From contig JBLIRR010000009.1 in the NCBI GenBank assembly GCA_049472395.1, forward strand, positions 59,710 through 123,709: a stretch of 64,000 nucleotides of DNA, given 5' to 3'. Positions within the stretch are counted from its first letter, which is position 1; each line of letters starts with the position of its first letter. Below the pieces are notes generated by a model that saw nothing but the letters and a program-made list of their open reading frames with translations, ran no database searches and had not been told where the DNA came from. Position numbers and translations under genes: made by a program. Positions 10,201 to 18,706 of the stretch are shown here, piece by piece. This DNA comes from a bacterium. Lineage in GTDB: Bacteria; SZUA-182; DTGQ01; JBLIRR01.

Positions 10201-11377
10201 TGTTATGTGTGCATGAAATCCCAAGTATTCTGCACATTTCATCCGACATTGTGAATGAATTATCTTTAAGGTTCCATTCCCAACTTCCCACATGCGCCAA
10301 CTGTTGCGCTCGCTTGAGACTTGCCTCGTTTTCTTGCAGCGACTTTTCAGTCTGTTCGTGTTTCAAGATATTACGCTGAAGTTGCTCGTTGATTGCTCTT
10401 AATTCTTTGGTTCGTTTTGTGACCAATGCCTCAAGATGATCCCTGTTGCGACGTAAATTTCTTGACATTAAATTAAACGATTGGGCTAACTCATTCAATT
10501 CTCGGCTTTGAAGTCCGGAAACTTCCTCGCCAAGATGTGTGCCCTCCTCTGCAATTTGGATTGCCTTATCATGGATCCTTCTGATCGGTGCACACACACA
10601 CTGCCTTACTGTTACATATTGCAGAATAAAAAAGCCTAAAATGATGAGTAATAAAATGCCGGAAAGCTTTAAAGAAAAACAATCAGCCATAGCGTATGCT
10701 GTATAAAGGGGAATGCGTATGGAAACGGCGGACACCGATTCTCCCAACCTACGATTGAATCCCCTTTGGATTCCAAATATATCAATAAGCCCTTGAGGTG
10801 CTATTTCCGGTGTGCTGTGACATTTCAGGCACGGCTCCGATATGGAAAAAGACCTCTTGAGAATTGTAAGATATGGCTCTCCATTAAATTTACGGATTGT
10901 TGAACGGCTCATAAGTTCCGGATTGATATTAAGCTCATTAATGAATGTCCTTTCATAGTCGTCCGCTTCATTTTTAGGACTTCGAGCATTGATAGCACAA
11001 TTTTTAAAATATAAATTGTCGGAATTTCTCGCTTTAAAATAGTCGTCAATCCTCCTGTTGGCATAGGTAGATGACATCCAGGTCGGATTAAAATATTCAA
11101 CTGGCACGTATTTTTCACCTATTGTAAAGGCATTCGGTTTTAGATCATGAAAAAAATAATCATGAACTGCTAATGTTCTGTCGAGGATAATTTCAGCCTT
11201 TGCTTGGGCCTCTGTAAGAGCCTGCGATCGCATGTGATAATTGACGAGTAAAACGATGGATATCGAAGATAGTGTAAATATAAAGGCTGTGATGATAGTA
11301 AGATATGTGGTAATCCTTAAAGGGAAAATTCTTTTTTTATATTCATTGATAATTTTTAAAAGTCTAGTAAATACCAT
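7262..11377 (-). CDS. Hybrid sensor histidine kinase: TM - CxxCH heme-type sensor domain - TM - about 5 PAS domains - HisKA - HATPase - C-terminal receiver
   Basis: CLKCH motif in the periplasmic-loop region (DUF3365-like sensor). Repeated PAS signatures ending ...DITERK. H-box FLANVSHEIRTPLNPI. G-box GTGLGLTICKKL. Receiver LIAEDNISNQ...LILMDVQMPVLDG. Confidence 0.85.
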   Translation of the reverse strand: MVFTRLLKIINEYKKRIFPLRITTYLTIITAFIFTLSSISIVLLVNYHMRSQALTEAQAKAEIILDRTLAVHDYFFHDLKPNAFTIGEKYVPVEYFNPTWMSSTYANRRIDDYFKARNSDNLYFKNCAINARSPKNEADDYERTFINELNINPELMSRSTIRKFNGEPYLTILKRSFSISEPCLKCHSTPEIAPQGLIDIFGIQRGFNRRLGESVSAVSIRIPLYTAYAMADCFSLKLSGILLLIILGFFILQYVTVRQCVCAPIRRIHDKAIQIAEEGTHLGEEVSGLQSRELNELAQSFNLMSRNLRRNRDHLEALVTKRTKELRAINEQLQRNILKHEQTEKSLQENEASLKRAQQLAHVGSWEWNLKDNSFTMSDEMCRILGISCTHNTFDTFQSLIDTLLHPDDREMVIHAALGVTKKFTGTPLTYRIIRPSGETRWIIATEPQIRHLGNDGTPEIMIGAIQDITEKKIAEDLLQQSEYNLRTIFDTVHAGIVMIDANTHKIINANPKALEMCGVPKGKLLGSVCHNYICPDEKVRCPITDLGETVNKSECTLLTASGEKIPILKTVTKVELEGQKCLIENFIDITDRKEWEKKITESEQKFRAIFDNATDGILIADSGTKKFDMGNNTICQMLGYTLEEIKTLGIMDIHPEEALPYIIEQFEKQAKGELKLATDIAVKRKDGGVFYADVNSTLVSFSGGKYLLGVFRDITERRRAENELRQQRNEAQNYLDIAGVMLVNIDADQRVTLINKNGCEILGYKKEEILNKNWFDHFLPEKRRDKVKTVFNKLIAGNIEPAEYFENPVLTKNGEERMIRWHYSVLRDETGEITAILSSGEDITDRKKVEEELKRVHSAVETSLNAIFIADLEGTITYANPSAARMWGFNDYEEMYEKNVLEYWTEESRGKAKEIINIITNEGSYSGEGLVGRKKDGTELLVSLKASLLTDDNGKPIGMTGCFSDITATKEYEEQLKQAKEKAEESDCLKSAFLANVSHEIRTPLNPILGYTELMLSDELSEDHREYLHTIKKSVNLLLFILNDILDLSKIEAGQLEIELIPCSLKSILHNIDSHCSMLISQEGKDISLRQSCPDTISRFIMGDPTRIQQIMHNLMSNAIKFTESGSIEYGVSLKNKKTLEFYVSDTGVGIPKDKQKEIFRPFHQADVSHTRKHGGTGLGLTICKKLSELMGGKIRLTSRTGADHGTTFYFTLPYTPTEIEEPHNASHTKIPIETKTPYTILIAEDNISNQQITKKVLEKSGYNVVVSNDGQEAISLYKSNPSIDLILMDVQMPVLDGLDATKAIRTMEAEAKKGDRISIIALTAYAMKGDRERCLEAGMDDYVSKPIRAPELLAAIENKLGRSREKNEE

Positions 11378-11678
11378 CCTTATTACTTGATCTGACCGAA
11401 AAGATAATTTTATTTTCTGATACTTCCCTATGCCTCCTAAATTTTTATCGGACTATTGCATCTCTGGCATCTGATAATAAAGTGGGTAAGATATCCGGTC
11501 AATCACCAAAAATGTATAAAGGATTATATTAAGCACGTTACAATAACCAATCTATAGTAGAATTGGTAAAGAATTATATTACCAAAGAGGAGACTGAAGT
11601 CATTGCTAATGGGGCTAATTCAGATTTAAGGAGTGGAGAAGAAACGCCCTGACATAGAATTAATGAAGATAGTGCTTT

Positions 11679-12062
11679 TTATTGTATTTGAGGAATTTTC
11701 ACAAATTCACGAGTATTATTAGTAACCAATACAACAGCAAGGCTTCTGGCGTGAGCGGCAATAAGCATATCCATAGCACCAATGGGTTGGCCAATTCTCT
11801 CCAAGTATGTCCGTATATCGCCATAGTGAGAAGCTGCGCGATCGTCATAGGGGATTATCTCTAAAGGGGCCAAAAAACTATTTAAAGCATCCCTATTCTG
11901 ATCAGGTTTACTGCTCTTAGAGATACCATATTCAAGTTCAGAGAGAGTAATAGAGGAAATTCCTATGTCTGACATATTGAATGTCCGAAGTTTGTTGATA
12001 ACATTGATGGGTTTTTTTTTGATTATATAGATGCAGATATTGGTATCAACCATAAAACGCAT
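11679..12062 (-). CDS. vapC: PIN-domain toxin VapC
   Basis: N-terminal MVDTNICIYII (conserved PIN aspartate). About 127 aa. Stop of the upstream antitoxin gene abuts its start. Confidence 0.8.
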   Translation of the reverse strand: MRFMVDTNICIYIIKKKPINVINKLRTFNMSDIGISSITLSELEYGISKSSKPDQNRDALNSFLAPLEIIPYDDRAASHYGDIRTYLERIGQPIGAMDMLIAAHARSLAVVLVTNNTREFVKIPQIQ

Positions 12063-12289
12063 TAAAATCTCTCCCTTCTCTCCGTGGGAGGTTGCTCTCG
12101 GTCGGTCATAAAGTCATCGCTGAATTGATCTAAGCTGCTGATAAAAGACGCCCAAGGATCATCCTTTGGAATGAGTAAAACATTGCGACCAATTCTTTTT
12201 ATATAAACCTCTTCCCCCTGGAATTTAAATTCTTTGGGGAGCCTTACTGCTTGACTTTTTCCATTCTTAAAAATTTTTGCTGTATTCAT
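12062..12289 (-). CDS. vapB: VapB antitoxin (AbrB/MazE-type swapped-hairpin)
   Basis: 75 aa, KNGKSQAVRLPKEFKFQGEEVYIKRIGRNVLL. Adjacent to and translationally coupled with vapC. Confidence 0.7.
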   Translation of the reverse strand: MNTAKIFKNGKSQAVRLPKEFKFQGEEVYIKRIGRNVLLIPKDDPWASFISSLDQFSDDFMTDREQPPTERRERF

Positions 12290-12496
12290 TGTTCTTCCTT
12301 TTTCTTTTTTAATATATATTTAAAAGTATATACTAATAAAAAAGAATTGTAAATTTATAGGGAGCGATTCGAATGCTATTGTCGATATTGAATCAACTAT
12401 GATGCTTAATTTTTTCCTAAATGATGGTATATGGAAATTTCTGTGAGTTTTATGCAGGCATAAGGAGGTATGATTTGAAGCTATAATAAGGATAAA

Positions 12497-12538
12497 CTAC
12501 TGTCAGACCAGACCTTTGTATAGGTGGTCTGACAGTAG
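12497..12538 (-). terminator. Perfect 14-bp inverted repeat (CTACTGTCAGACCA / TGGTCTGACAGTAG) followed on the minus strand by a U-rich tract; terminator of the tandem secreted-protein array
   Basis: Stem 12497-12510 / 12525-12538 with a 14-nt loop. The minus-strand continuation reads TTTATCCTTATTAT. It lies 14 bp past the stop of 12552..13163. Confidence 0.55.
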
Positions 12539-12551
12539 TAGTACACGCAGC

Positions 12552-13163
12552 CTAAAGTCCCAGAATGAGACCTGGCGTAAGCAGTGAAATATAGGCGGGT
12601 GGAGGATTAAGAAGAGCAGCAAAGAGGGGATAACTTGCCAATGTGCCTCCTTGTGCAATCTCATAGGCAACGGCATAGGCTGTATAGCTATTATAATATG
12701 CATTATTTCCTATGGGTACATAGGTAGTAAGCCATGCTGTGGATGTGGGGGCAAGTGTGGACCAGCCTTTTATCAGACTTAGATTAATAGGCAGCGGAGT
12801 CCCCAAAAGAGGATCCAGAAGATAACTTGGCGGCCAGAGATTCACCCCATACAAAGGATCAAAATAGGCCATGCCAAGTTTCGTATTATATAAAAGGTAG
12901 GGGTAGGCCAGGTCCGGATCCCAGGTGAGACCGGGTTGTATCGGAAGAACAGTGCTGCTTGTAAGGCTGCTTACAATAGGGGTCGCAACTCCTGTTATGG
13001 GATTAGCGGGAGATAAAATAGGGGACCATAACGGCCATAATGTATTGTAAGGTGGAAGAGCAGCCCACGTTTGCGCCTTGACGAGAGGTGCATGCCACAT
13101 ATAGATGCATATTATACAAATAAAAAAGATAAGTAATTTATACACGAATTTTTTTGATGTCAT
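12552..13163 (-). CDS. Secreted LPPYNTLWPLWSP-family protein (paralog 1 of tandem array)
   Basis: Signal peptide. AALPPYNTLWPLWSPILSPANPITGVATPIV...LTPGLILGL. About 60-70% identity to neighbouring paralogs, judged by eye. Confidence 0.7.
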   Translation of the reverse strand: MTSKKFVYKLLIFFICIICIYMWHAPLVKAQTWAALPPYNTLWPLWSPILSPANPITGVATPIVSSLTSSTVLPIQPGLTWDPDLAYPYLLYNTKLGMAYFDPLYGVNLWPPSYLLDPLLGTPLPINLSLIKGWSTLAPTSTAWLTTYVPIGNNAYYNSYTAYAVAYEIAQGGTLASYPLFAALLNPPPAYISLLTPGLILGL

Positions 13164-13212
13164 ATTTCTATTCTCCTTTATTTCCCTCTATTATTGTTAA
13201 GCTATTATTGCG

Positions 13213-13854
13213 TTAAGGTCCAAGTATAAGTAGTGGAGTGAGTAAAGAGCTGTATGCAGGCGGAGGATTGATAAGAGCGGCAAAAAGCGGATAGGTTGAA
13301 AGCGTCCCTCCCGCGGCAATTTCATAAGCAGTTGCAAATGCCGCATAGGCATTATAGTATGCGCTGTTTGCTACCGGTACATTGGCAAGAAGCCAGGTAG
13401 TAGAGGTCGGAGCTAGTGTGGACCAGCCGAGAATTAAGCTTAAATCGATGGGAAGGGGATTGCCGAGAGTATCGAGCAGATCAGATGGTGGCCATAAATT
13501 GACTCCCCAGAATGGATCATAATAGGTCATTCCAAGGGGAGTATTATAGAGTAAATAAGGATAACTTTTTCGTGGATCAAGAGTAAGCCCGGGTTGGAGA
13601 GGAAGGACCGTGTTGGTCGTCAAACTGGTTATTATCGGTGTCGGAGCACCTGTGATTGGATCGATGGGGGAGAGGGAAGGAGACCATAACGGCCACAGAG
13701 TATTATAGGGTGGCACAGCGCCCCAATTTGGGGTGGCAGGTACTACCGGTAATAGTACTGCATGTGCCCTGTGCGATTGAACGAATCCCAGAATCATAAT
13801 GGCAAAGCAAATCATAATGATTTTACTTAATTTACTTCGTAATACCTTATTCAT
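13213..13854 (-). CDS. Secreted LPPYNTLWPLWSP-family protein (paralog 2)
   Basis: Signal peptide ...HRAHA. GAVPPYNTLWPLWSPSLSPIDPITGAPTPII. C-terminus LLTPLLILGP. Confidence 0.7.
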   Translation of the reverse strand: MNKVLRSKLSKIIMICFAIMILGFVQSHRAHAVLLPVVPATPNWGAVPPYNTLWPLWSPSLSPIDPITGAPTPIITSLTTNTVLPLQPGLTLDPRKSYPYLLYNTPLGMTYYDPFWGVNLWPPSDLLDTLGNPLPIDLSLILGWSTLAPTSTTWLLANVPVANSAYYNAYAAFATAYEIAAGGTLSTYPLFAALINPPPAYSSLLTPLLILGP

Positions 13855-13889
13855 ATTCTATTCCTTTTTATCTAAAATTTATAATACTT

Positions 13890-14519
13890 TTACAATCCTA
13901 AAATTAAAGCCGGAGTCAACAGAGAAATATAGGCAGGAGGTGGATTGAGCAAGGCTGCAAATAACGGAAAACTTGCGAGGGTGCCTCCGAATGCAATCTC
14001 ATACGCCACACCGTAACTTGGGTATGTATTATAATAGGCACTGTTTGCTACCGGTACGTTGAGCGAGAGCCAAGTGGTAGAAGTCGGAGCAAGGGTAGAC
14101 CATCCCAGAACTAAGGATAAATCTATAGGCAGAGGAGTGCCTAAGACCGGATCTACCAGATAACTGGGCGGCCATAAGTTTATCCCTTCAAAGGGATCAT
14201 AATATGCCATGCCTAATGGAGTGTTATAGAGGAGCCAAGGATAGTCCTTGTTCAAAGCGTCCCAGGTTAAGCCGGGTTGGACCGGAAGCACTGTGCTTGG
14301 AGTAAGGCTATTGACAATAGGATCAGGAAGCAGGGTAATTGGATTTATGGGTGATAGGGCAGGCGACCATAAGGGCCATAACGTGTTATAGGGCGGAAGT
14401 GGTATCCATGTGGTTTTACTTGTCAAAAGCACTGCATTCGACTTTGATGCATAAGCACAACATATACATAGAAAGAGTATTATCATTATTACATACTTAA
14501 AATCTTTTTTTCTTATCAA
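13890..14519 (-). CDS. Secreted LPPYNTLWPLWSP-family protein (paralog 3)
   Basis: Signal peptide. IPLPPYNTLWPLWSPALSPINPITLLPDPIV. C-terminus LLTPALILGL. Confidence 0.7.
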   Translation of the reverse strand: MIRKKDFKYVIMIILFLCICCAYASKSNAVLLTSKTTWIPLPPYNTLWPLWSPALSPINPITLLPDPIVNSLTPSTVLPVQPGLTWDALNKDYPWLLYNTPLGMAYYDPFEGINLWPPSYLVDPVLGTPLPIDLSLVLGWSTLAPTSTTWLSLNVPVANSAYYNTYPSYGVAYEIAFGGTLASFPLFAALLNPPPAYISLLTPALILGL

Positions 14520-14656
14520 GACATATCTCCTTATCTTTCTCTCTTCATCTAAATGAAATCCTTATACTTTAGCTAATAACTCATTAATCATAATTTTTCT
14601 ATAGCACTCACCCCTTTCTCTTTAAAATATATATACATTCATACAGCTATGGTCTA

Positions 14657-15310
14657 CTATGGTCTAATCAAGACCATAGTCCCATAATCACTTTGAAAAG
14701 GATTGTAAATTGAGTAAGTCCCGTCCATAAGAGTTGATGAAATCACATTGCAATTTAAGGTAATGGTAAATAATCTCTGCGAAAATGGATTGATATAAGT
14801 GCCTGTTAATTGAAAAGTACTGGCTACCCCGACCGGATTAATGATTCCTGATACAGGGAATCCGGATATTACAAGAGGGTGATTCGCAAAAAGAGCAGTT
14901 CCGGTTACTACTCCTGATATCACATCCTGCGTAAGAATAAGGCTTATTTCTCCTCCACTCACTCTGGCCAAACTGGACCATGTCCCAATCCAATTACTTG
15001 TGGCCAAATTGGAGTTTGCTACAGTCACCGTATTGAGCAACGTTGGTGGTGGCGTCGCCAAAAGTGAAGTGACGGTTAATCCGGCGGAGGTTAAGACAGG
15101 CGCCGATACAATTGTGGTCAATGCCTGCGCCTGTCTTAGCAATGGATAGAATGGATTTAGGGTTATTACAGGTAAGCGGGGTGTGAAAGCAACTGATAAA
15201 ATTGGATCTGGTGGGGGCGGCAAAAGTTGTGCGCTTGATGGAAACTGTAAAGAAAATAGTATAGCTATACATAAGATAATAGCAATCTTTAGTCTATTTA
15301 TTAATTTCAT
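14657..15310 (-). CDS. Secreted protein homologous to the C-terminal domain of the 15389..16492 product (lacks the LPPYNTLWPLWSP N-domain)
   Basis: Signal peptide. The region ...WIGTWSSLARVSGGEISLILTQD...TGTALF...TITLNCNVISSTLMDGTYSIYNP aligns with ...WSGLWNSLLNVSQLGPMNLTLSQN...TGTASL...TVTLNCTITSATTMSGTYSII of the neighbouring gene. A direct-repeat/hairpin (CTATGGTCTA x2 ... AGACCATAG) overlaps its stop. Confidence 0.6.
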   Translation of the reverse strand: MKLINRLKIAIILCIAILFSLQFPSSAQLLPPPPDPILSVAFTPRLPVITLNPFYPLLRQAQALTTIVSAPVLTSAGLTVTSLLATPPPTLLNTVTVANSNLATSNWIGTWSSLARVSGGEISLILTQDVISGVVTGTALFANHPLVISGFPVSGIINPVGVASTFQLTGTYINPFSQRLFTITLNCNVISSTLMDGTYSIYNPFQSDYGTMVLIRP

Positions 15311-15388
15311 GAAAGATATCCTTTTAATATAGTATTAATCTCTATTATCGATGATTTATAATATTACTAATCAATAGTATTGATAAAT

Positions 15389-16492
15389 CTATAGCGCGGT
15401 TACATTAAAGCTTCCAAAGTCACTTTCTTTAAGGCTTATGATAGAGTATGTTCCGCTCATTGTGGTTGCACTGGTTATGGTGCAGTTTAAGGTAACAGTA
15501 TAATCGATCGGTACGAGCACTAATCCGCTGAGGGCAAGTTGATAGTCGGTAAAAATACCTGTTAAGGTAAAGGTAGTGCCGCCGAGGAATGTACCACTTA
15601 CCGTCACAGGCAAAGGAACAAGCTTATTTAATATTAATGAAGCCGTTCCGGTAACAGCACCGGTAGTTGTATTTTGTGATAAAGTGAGATTCATAGGCCC
15701 TAATTGACTCACATTGAGAAGACTATTCCATAGTCCACTCCAATTAGTGATAACAGGAGCTGCAACAGTAGTGCTCGGAGTCAGTGATCCCCCGCCGACG
15801 CTCGGAAGAAGAAATGTAAGGGCTGAAATGGCTGCGGTTGGGACTGGCACAGTAGGAACTGGTGCAGGTATTATCGGCGTTGGAGGTGCCGGTGTAATAG
15901 GTGCCATAGGAATCCCCGGCAGAGGTGTCCCCACAATTGCAGCAGCAGTGAGGAGAGAGGTAAGGGGCGGCGGTATTACAGCTGTGGTTGCTGCCGGTCC
16001 GCCAGGAGGTAAAGTAAGAGATGGAAGAGCACTTAAGTATGCAAGATTAGCAGCAGGCACCAGGTTTTTCAATGTAGAGAAAGACGTCGGTGGAAGGGCG
16101 GAATACCCTGGTGGTAAAACTATTGGCGAAGGTGTGTTACCGTGTAGCAAATATTTAGGAGGCCAGCTATTTATTCCAAATAAGGGATCGAAATAGACCA
16201 TCCCGATAGGGGAATTATAAAGAAGCCATGGATAAATAGAAGCTGGATCCCAGGTTAATCCTGGCATCTCAGGAAGAAAAGTGTCTTGTGTGAGGCTGCT
16301 TACCAAAGGAGTGGGTAAACCTGTAGCAGGGTTTGTAGGAGATAAAGCAGAAGACCATAATGGCCATAAAGTATTATACGGTGGAAGGGCTTGCCAATTC
16401 TGAGCAAAGGTCAAGTGTGGGTATAGAAAAAGAACAATGGCAAATGTTAATAAAATTTTGATTATATGATTTCTTTTGATTATTATTTTCAT
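15389..16492 (-). CDS. Secreted two-domain protein: LPPYNTLWPLWSS N-domain + Pro-rich linker + C-domain shared with 14657..15310
   Basis: Signal peptide ...LTFAQNW. QALPPYNTLWPLWSSALSPTNPATGLPTPLV. Linker PITPAPPTPIIPAPVPTVPVPT. C-terminal domain as described for 14657..15310. Confidence 0.7.
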   Translation of the reverse strand: MKIIIKRNHIIKILLTFAIVLFLYPHLTFAQNWQALPPYNTLWPLWSSALSPTNPATGLPTPLVSSLTQDTFLPEMPGLTWDPASIYPWLLYNSPIGMVYFDPLFGINSWPPKYLLHGNTPSPIVLPPGYSALPPTSFSTLKNLVPAANLAYLSALPSLTLPPGGPAATTAVIPPPLTSLLTAAAIVGTPLPGIPMAPITPAPPTPIIPAPVPTVPVPTAAISALTFLLPSVGGGSLTPSTTVAAPVITNWSGLWNSLLNVSQLGPMNLTLSQNTTTGAVTGTASLILNKLVPLPVTVSGTFLGGTTFTLTGIFTDYQLALSGLVLVPIDYTVTLNCTITSATTMSGTYSIISLKESDFGSFNVTAL

Positions 16493-16583
16493 AATTTACT
16501 CTTCTTTCCTACTTTCTTATACAATTTTCCTAAATAAAAAAACAAAATTTTTTCTGAATAAATATCACCATCCTTTCTAGTAG

Positions 16584-17006
16584 TTACATTTTGTAATGTC
16601 TTTCTTCGTGCCTCTTAATTAATTCCATAATTGTATGTGGATAATAAGGCTTTTTTATAATCTGGATTTGGTCGGCATAGGGACTTTGCTCTATCAACGT
16701 AGAATTTGAACTGTCATCCTTCATTAGCACGAGGTGTCTGGCGATCTGTTGATGATTGTTTTCGAAAAGAAATGTAATAAATTCTAAGCCATTTTTCCCT
16801 GGTAAGCGGAAATCGACGAATCCTATTCTGATGCCCTCAGAATTTTTTCGCGTATTTTGTACTATGAGATTGTAATACTCCTCTGCAGATTTGTTAACCA
16901 TTACTTCATAACCGCATATTTCTATAAGATTTTTTAAATAATTTACCAGTAGTGTATTCATGCTAATTATGGAGGCTTTTTTATGCTCTTCATCCATAGC
17001 AATCAA
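16584..17006 (-). CDS. Stand-alone receiver-like (pseudo-receiver) domain protein
   Basis: CheY-like fold signature FVDFRLPGKNGLEF (phospho-Asp position) and IIKKPY (K-P). The N-terminal acidic pair is missing. Confidence 0.45.
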   Translation of the reverse strand: MIAMDEEHKKASIISMNTLLVNYLKNLIEICGYEVMVNKSAEEYYNLIVQNTRKNSEGIRIGFVDFRLPGKNGLEFITFLFENNHQQIARHLVLMKDDSSNSTLIEQSPYADQIQIIKKPYYPHTIMELIKRHEERHYKM

Positions 17007-17318
17007 TTGAAAAATGTGATTAATTTAATAGATTATTCTTCTTGAAAGCTTTAATTCATCCTGTAGGGAGCGATAGAGAGGATGATAAGCAACAAATATG
17101 CCAAAATCAAGATGCATGGCATTTTACCTACAAGGTTATGCGTGCAGATACGCAACTCGTGCGAGAGGACAGACTGCTTTTAAAGATGCAATAGTACCAA
17201 ATTGGTACAAAAGAAATAGATAATGTGATTTAACATATTGATTTATTTAATCTTTTCTATGTTGTCATAATTCTAATACACCTGTTAAATTTTGGTATAG
17301 TGGTATAGTTGAGGAGCA

Positions 17319-18698
17319 CTAATTTTCTGCTTCTTGTTGGTACTGCTTGAGACGCCTTATTAAGCTTTGTCTTGATATTTGCAGGATTTTTGCCGTTTGG
17401 GTTTGATTATAATTTGTTTCTTTGAATACTTTTTGGATATGAGCCTTTTCAATTTCCCAGAGTGCTTGAGGGCTATAAAAATGAGCATTTGGCACTTTCT
17501 TTCTCTCTATGACTAACTCTTCTGGTAAAGCATCCATGGACAGAAATTTTGACCTCTCTCGTAGCACTGATCCATTAATAATATTTTCTAATTCCCGGAT
17601 ATTGCCCGGATAGTCATAGCTTAAAAGTAGATTTCTCACATCTTCATGAATTCCCTTTAATGGCTTATTATGGGTGGTGGTAAATATCTTAAAGAAATGA
17701 TCAATTAAAAGTGGAATGTCTTCCCGACGTTCTCTCAAGGGAGGGAGTTTAATATCATTGATATGTAATCGGTAATAAAGATCACGTCTGAAATTTCCTT
17801 TTTCTACTTCCAAATGTAAGTTTTTATTTGACGCAACGATTATCCTCACATCGGCGCTTATAGGTCGAGAATTCCCTAATTTAAAAAATTCATTTTCTTG
17901 GAGAACACGCAACAGGTTCACCTGAAGGGCAAGATCAAGCTCTCCTATCTCATCAAGAAACAGGGTTCCTCCTTTTGCCTCTTCAAATAGTCCTTTCGCT
18001 TCTTCAATCGCCCCGGTAAATGCACCTTTTTTATGACCAAATAGTCGATCTTCAAATAATTCTTTTGAAAAGCTCCCCACATTAAACGCGATAAATGGAT
18101 TATCACGCCTGGGACTCAATGAATGAATCACACTTGCAACTAATTCTTTTCCAGTTCCACTTTCACCCAGAATGAGAACAGGGTTGGTTGATTGGGCAAT
18201 TGATTCAATAATTTTAAATAATTGCCACATCTTATCAGACGCTGTGACGATATTGTGAAATGCTTCTGGATGTTTTATTGTATCAAATAAGATCTTTTCT
18301 CTTAAGGATTTCACCTCGTTTTCTAATTCTTGTTTTTCAATGGCTCTTCTTACTGCAAGGAAAAGCTTTTCAAAATTAAAGGGTTTTAAGATATAATCAT
18401 ACGCTCCCTTTTTTATGCATGAAACCGCCGATTCAACCTCATCTATTGCTGTTAATATAATACATTCAGAATGAGGATGATTATTTTTTATAAGATCAAG
18501 TAATATAAATCCGTTTTTATCAGGCAAATTCAAATCAATGATCACCAGTGCATAAGAATTGAGTTTGATCAATCCCTCTGCTTCGTGCGCTGAGCCAGCC
18601 AGATCAATATCGGTATACCCTTTTTGTAAGAATCGAAACTGGAGACTCTCTCTTAAATTTTTTTCATCGTCAATAATAAGTATCTTAGACATTTTCAT
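17319..18698 (-). CDS. Sigma-54-dependent response regulator (NtrC family: receiver - AAA+ - Fis-type HTH)
   Basis: Receiver ILIIDDE...[11 protein letters not shown]. Walker [15 protein letters not shown] motif. C-terminal [23 protein letters not shown]. Confidence 0.85.
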   Translation of the reverse strand: MKMSKILIIDDEKNLRESLQFRFLQKGYTDIDLAGSAHEAEGLIKLNSYALVIIDLNLPDKNGFILLDLIKNNHPHSECIILTAIDEVESAVSCIKKGAYDYILKPFNFEKLFLAVRRAIEKQELENEVKSLREKILFDTIKHPEAFHNIVTASDKMWQLFKIIESIAQSTNPVLILGESGTGKELVASVIHSLSPRRDNPFIAFNVGSFSKELFEDRLFGHKKGAFTGAIEEAKGLFEEAKGGTLFLDEIGELDLALQVNLLRVLQENEFFKLGNSRPISADVRIIVASNKNLHLEVEKGNFRRDLYYRLHINDIKLPPLRERREDIPLLIDHFFKIFTTTHNKPLKGIHEDVRNLLLSYDYPGNIRELENIINGSVLRERSKFLSMDALPEELVIERKKVPNAHFYSPQALWEIEKAHIQKVFKETNYNQTQTAKILQISRQSLIRRLKQYQQEAEN

Positions 18699-18706
18699 GT
18701 ATCTTT

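Noticed and set aside
15714-16196. Plus-strand 160-aa ORF (and similar: 9480..9782, 19335..19697, 5616..5927, 1530..1898, 24613..25065)
   Set aside because: They lie entirely inside, and antisense to, long well-supported genes, and their products are low-complexity (G/A/V/P-rich). Judged to be shadow ORFs.
17006-17319. Sigma-54 promoter-like strings (TGCAATAGTACCAA, TGGTACAAAAG)
   Set aside because: The GG/GC (or complementary GC/CC) dinucleotides are not at the required 12-bp spacing.
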